Position numbers and translations under genes: made by a program. A stretch of 24,883 bases of DNA, from positions 1-24,883 of the forward strand of contig JASFTU010000001.1 of NCBI GenBank assembly GCA_050050635.1, in the 5' to 3' direction. The notes under the pieces were generated by a model that was not told where the DNA came from, ran no database searches, and worked only from the letters and a program-made list of their open reading frames with translations. This DNA is from Candidatus Brocadiaceae bacterium. GTDB taxonomy: Bacteria; Planctomycetota; Brocadiia; SM23-32. Shown here in pieces: positions 23,693 through 24,883 of this stretch; the first letter of the stretch is position 1, and each line of letters starts with the position of its first letter.

Positions 23693-24030
23693 TGCGCGTT
23701 GCATTGCCGCTCGCAGACGGGCTGCTGGCCCGCCACTTCGGCCATTGCCAGGAATTCGCGATATTCGACGTAAACCGGGAGGACGGCTCGATCGAAGAGT
23801 CGGACAGACTCCAGGCGCCGCCGCACCGTCCCGGCCTTCTTCCCGGATGGCTCAGGGACCAGGGCGCCGAAGCCATCATCGCGGGCGGCATGGGGCGCCG
23901 AGCACAGGACCTGTTCGCCCGGGCCGGCATCGAGGTCGTCATCGGTGCTCCCCATGAGGAGCCCGAGCGCATCGTCGAACGCTACGCAACAGGCCGGCTG
24001 GAGACAGGTGAGAACATCTGCGACCACTGA
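23692..24030 (+). CDS. Second NifB/NifX-family protein (His/Cys-rich type)
   Basis: RVALP, HFGHCQEF, PPHRPG, IIAGGMG, C-terminal NICDH; TGATG overlap with mrp. Confidence 0.88.
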   Translation: MRVALPLADGLLARHFGHCQEFAIFDVNREDGSIEESDRLQAPPHRPGLLPGWLRDQGAEAIIAGGMGRRAQDLFARAGIEVVIGAPHEEPERIVERYATGRLETGENICDH

Positions 24031-24047
24031 CAGGTGGAGCCCATCCG

Positions 24048-24883
24048 GTGGTCATCACCGTTGCCAGCGGCAAGGGGGGCACGGGCAAGACCACGGTTGC
24101 CGTCAACCTGGCGACCGTGCTGGCGCGAAGCGAGGAACTCAGGCCGAGGGTGTGCCTGCTGGACTGCGACGTTGAGGAGCCGAACGACCATCTGTTCGTG
24201 CGGCCCCGCTTCACGCAGGACCTGGCAGTGGAGGCGTTGAAGCCCGTTTGGGACGAGGAACGCTGCACCGGTTGCGGCAGGTGCGGCGAGGCGTGCAACT
24301 ACAACGCCATCGCCGTGGTGCGTGGCCGCGTCCTGCTGTTCCCGGAGCTCTGTCACGCCTGTGGGGTGTGCAGCTTCGTGTGCCCCGAAGGAGCGATGGC
24401 CGAACGGGAGTCCGAGATAGGCCGCGTGCAGCTTGCGCCGGATCATCGGGGCTTTGCCTTCGGGCACGGAGTGCTGAACGTGGGCGAGTCGCTGGCGCCC
24501 GCCGTCGTGGCGGCGGTCAAGAGCCACATCCGGCCCGGCGACTGCACCATCATAGACGCTGCGCCGGGCACGGCCTGTCCCGTCGTGGAGGCCGTCCGAG
24601 GTTCCGACCTGGCGCTGCTCGTCACGGAGCCGACGCCCTTCGGACTGAGTGACCTGCGGGTTGCGGTCGGCGTCACCCTCAGAGTCGGGGTTCCGTGCGC
24701 CATCGTCGTCAACAGGTCGGACGGCTCGGACGAACTGATCCAGCGCTATGCGGACCACGTCGGCGTGCCCGTGGTCGGCCGGATCCCCTTCCGCCGTGAG
24801 TATGCCGAGACCTACTCACACGGCGAACTGCTCGTGGACCGCCACCCGGAACTCAATGCCCTTCTGATGGATATGTACCGCCG
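24048..24883 (+). CDS. MinD-superfamily P-loop ATPase with inserted 2[4Fe-4S] ferredoxin domain, 3'-truncated by the window edge
   Basis: Absent from the ORF track because it runs off the end. My translation from GTG 24048: VITVASGKGGTGKTT, DCDVEEPNDHLF, CTGCGRCGEAC, CHACGVCSFVCP, IDAAPGTACPV, VTEPTPFGLSDL. Confidence 0.9.
   Translation, partial: MVITVASGKGGTGKTTVAVNLATVLARSEELRPRVCLLDCDVEEPNDHLFVRPRFTQDLAVEALKPVWDEERCTGCGRCGEACNYNAIAVVRGRVLLFPELCHACGVCSFVCPEGAMAERESEIGRVQLAPDHRGFAFGHGVLNVGESLAPAVVAAVKSHIRPGDCTIIDAAPGTACPVVEAVRGSDLALLVTEPTPFGLSDLRVAVGVTLRVGVPCAIVVNRSDGSDELIQRYADHVGVPVVGRIPFRREYAETYSHGELLVDRHPELNALLMDMYR

Noticed and set aside
22376-24030. Nitrogenase cofactor biosynthesis implied by NifB/NifX domains
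   Set aside because: No nifH, nifD, nifK, nifE or nifN in the window; this domain family is common in non-diazotroph ORP-like clusters.
21164-24883. Selenocysteine read-through at TGA stops of the small Cys-rich genes
   Set aside because: Each TGA falls at the natural end of the family domain and is followed by an RBS or next start; no SECIS-like hairpin seen.
1-24883. CRISPR array, tRNA, rRNA, IS element, prophage or defence genes
   Set aside because: No spaced direct repeats, cloverleafs, transposase, integrase or nuclease-type defence motifs seen; base composition looks uniform across the window.

Overview
High-GC bacterial chromosomal window, about 30 tightly packed protein-coding genes, with no rRNA, tRNA, CRISPR array or mobile element that I can see. 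The gene content (2-oxoacid:ferredoxin oxidoreductase, short-form ThiC, dehydratase activase, ferritin/rubrerythrin-like protein, Orange-protein-like cluster) points to an anaerobe (inference; lineage not determined). Left to right: MFS (5'-truncated)-plsC; ybaK-like and pflX-like radical SAM (minus); xseB-nadK-2-oxoacid:ferredoxin oxidoreductase delta/alpha/beta/gamma; a minus-strand block (tail-anchored Ser/Thr pseudokinase, thiC, nadA, orphan HgdC-type activase, secreted protein with an internal duplication); zupT; MsbA-like ABC transporter, small membrane protein, ICMT-family methyltransferase; ferritin-like protein; an IclR / RdhA-QueG-like Fe-S protein / U32-family Fe-S protein operon; and a divergent DUF134-led operon resembling the Orange protein (ORP) cluster (3'-truncated). 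Sigma70-like promoters are visible before most transcription units. Best candidates for undescribed biology: (1) the IclR-RdhA/QueG-like-U32 module, (2) the ORP-like operon under a consensus sigma70 promoter with a perfect 16-bp palindrome next to DUF134, (3) the thiC-nadA-orphan activase operon with a non-TPP leader. All family calls come from motif recognition by eye; no database searches were run.
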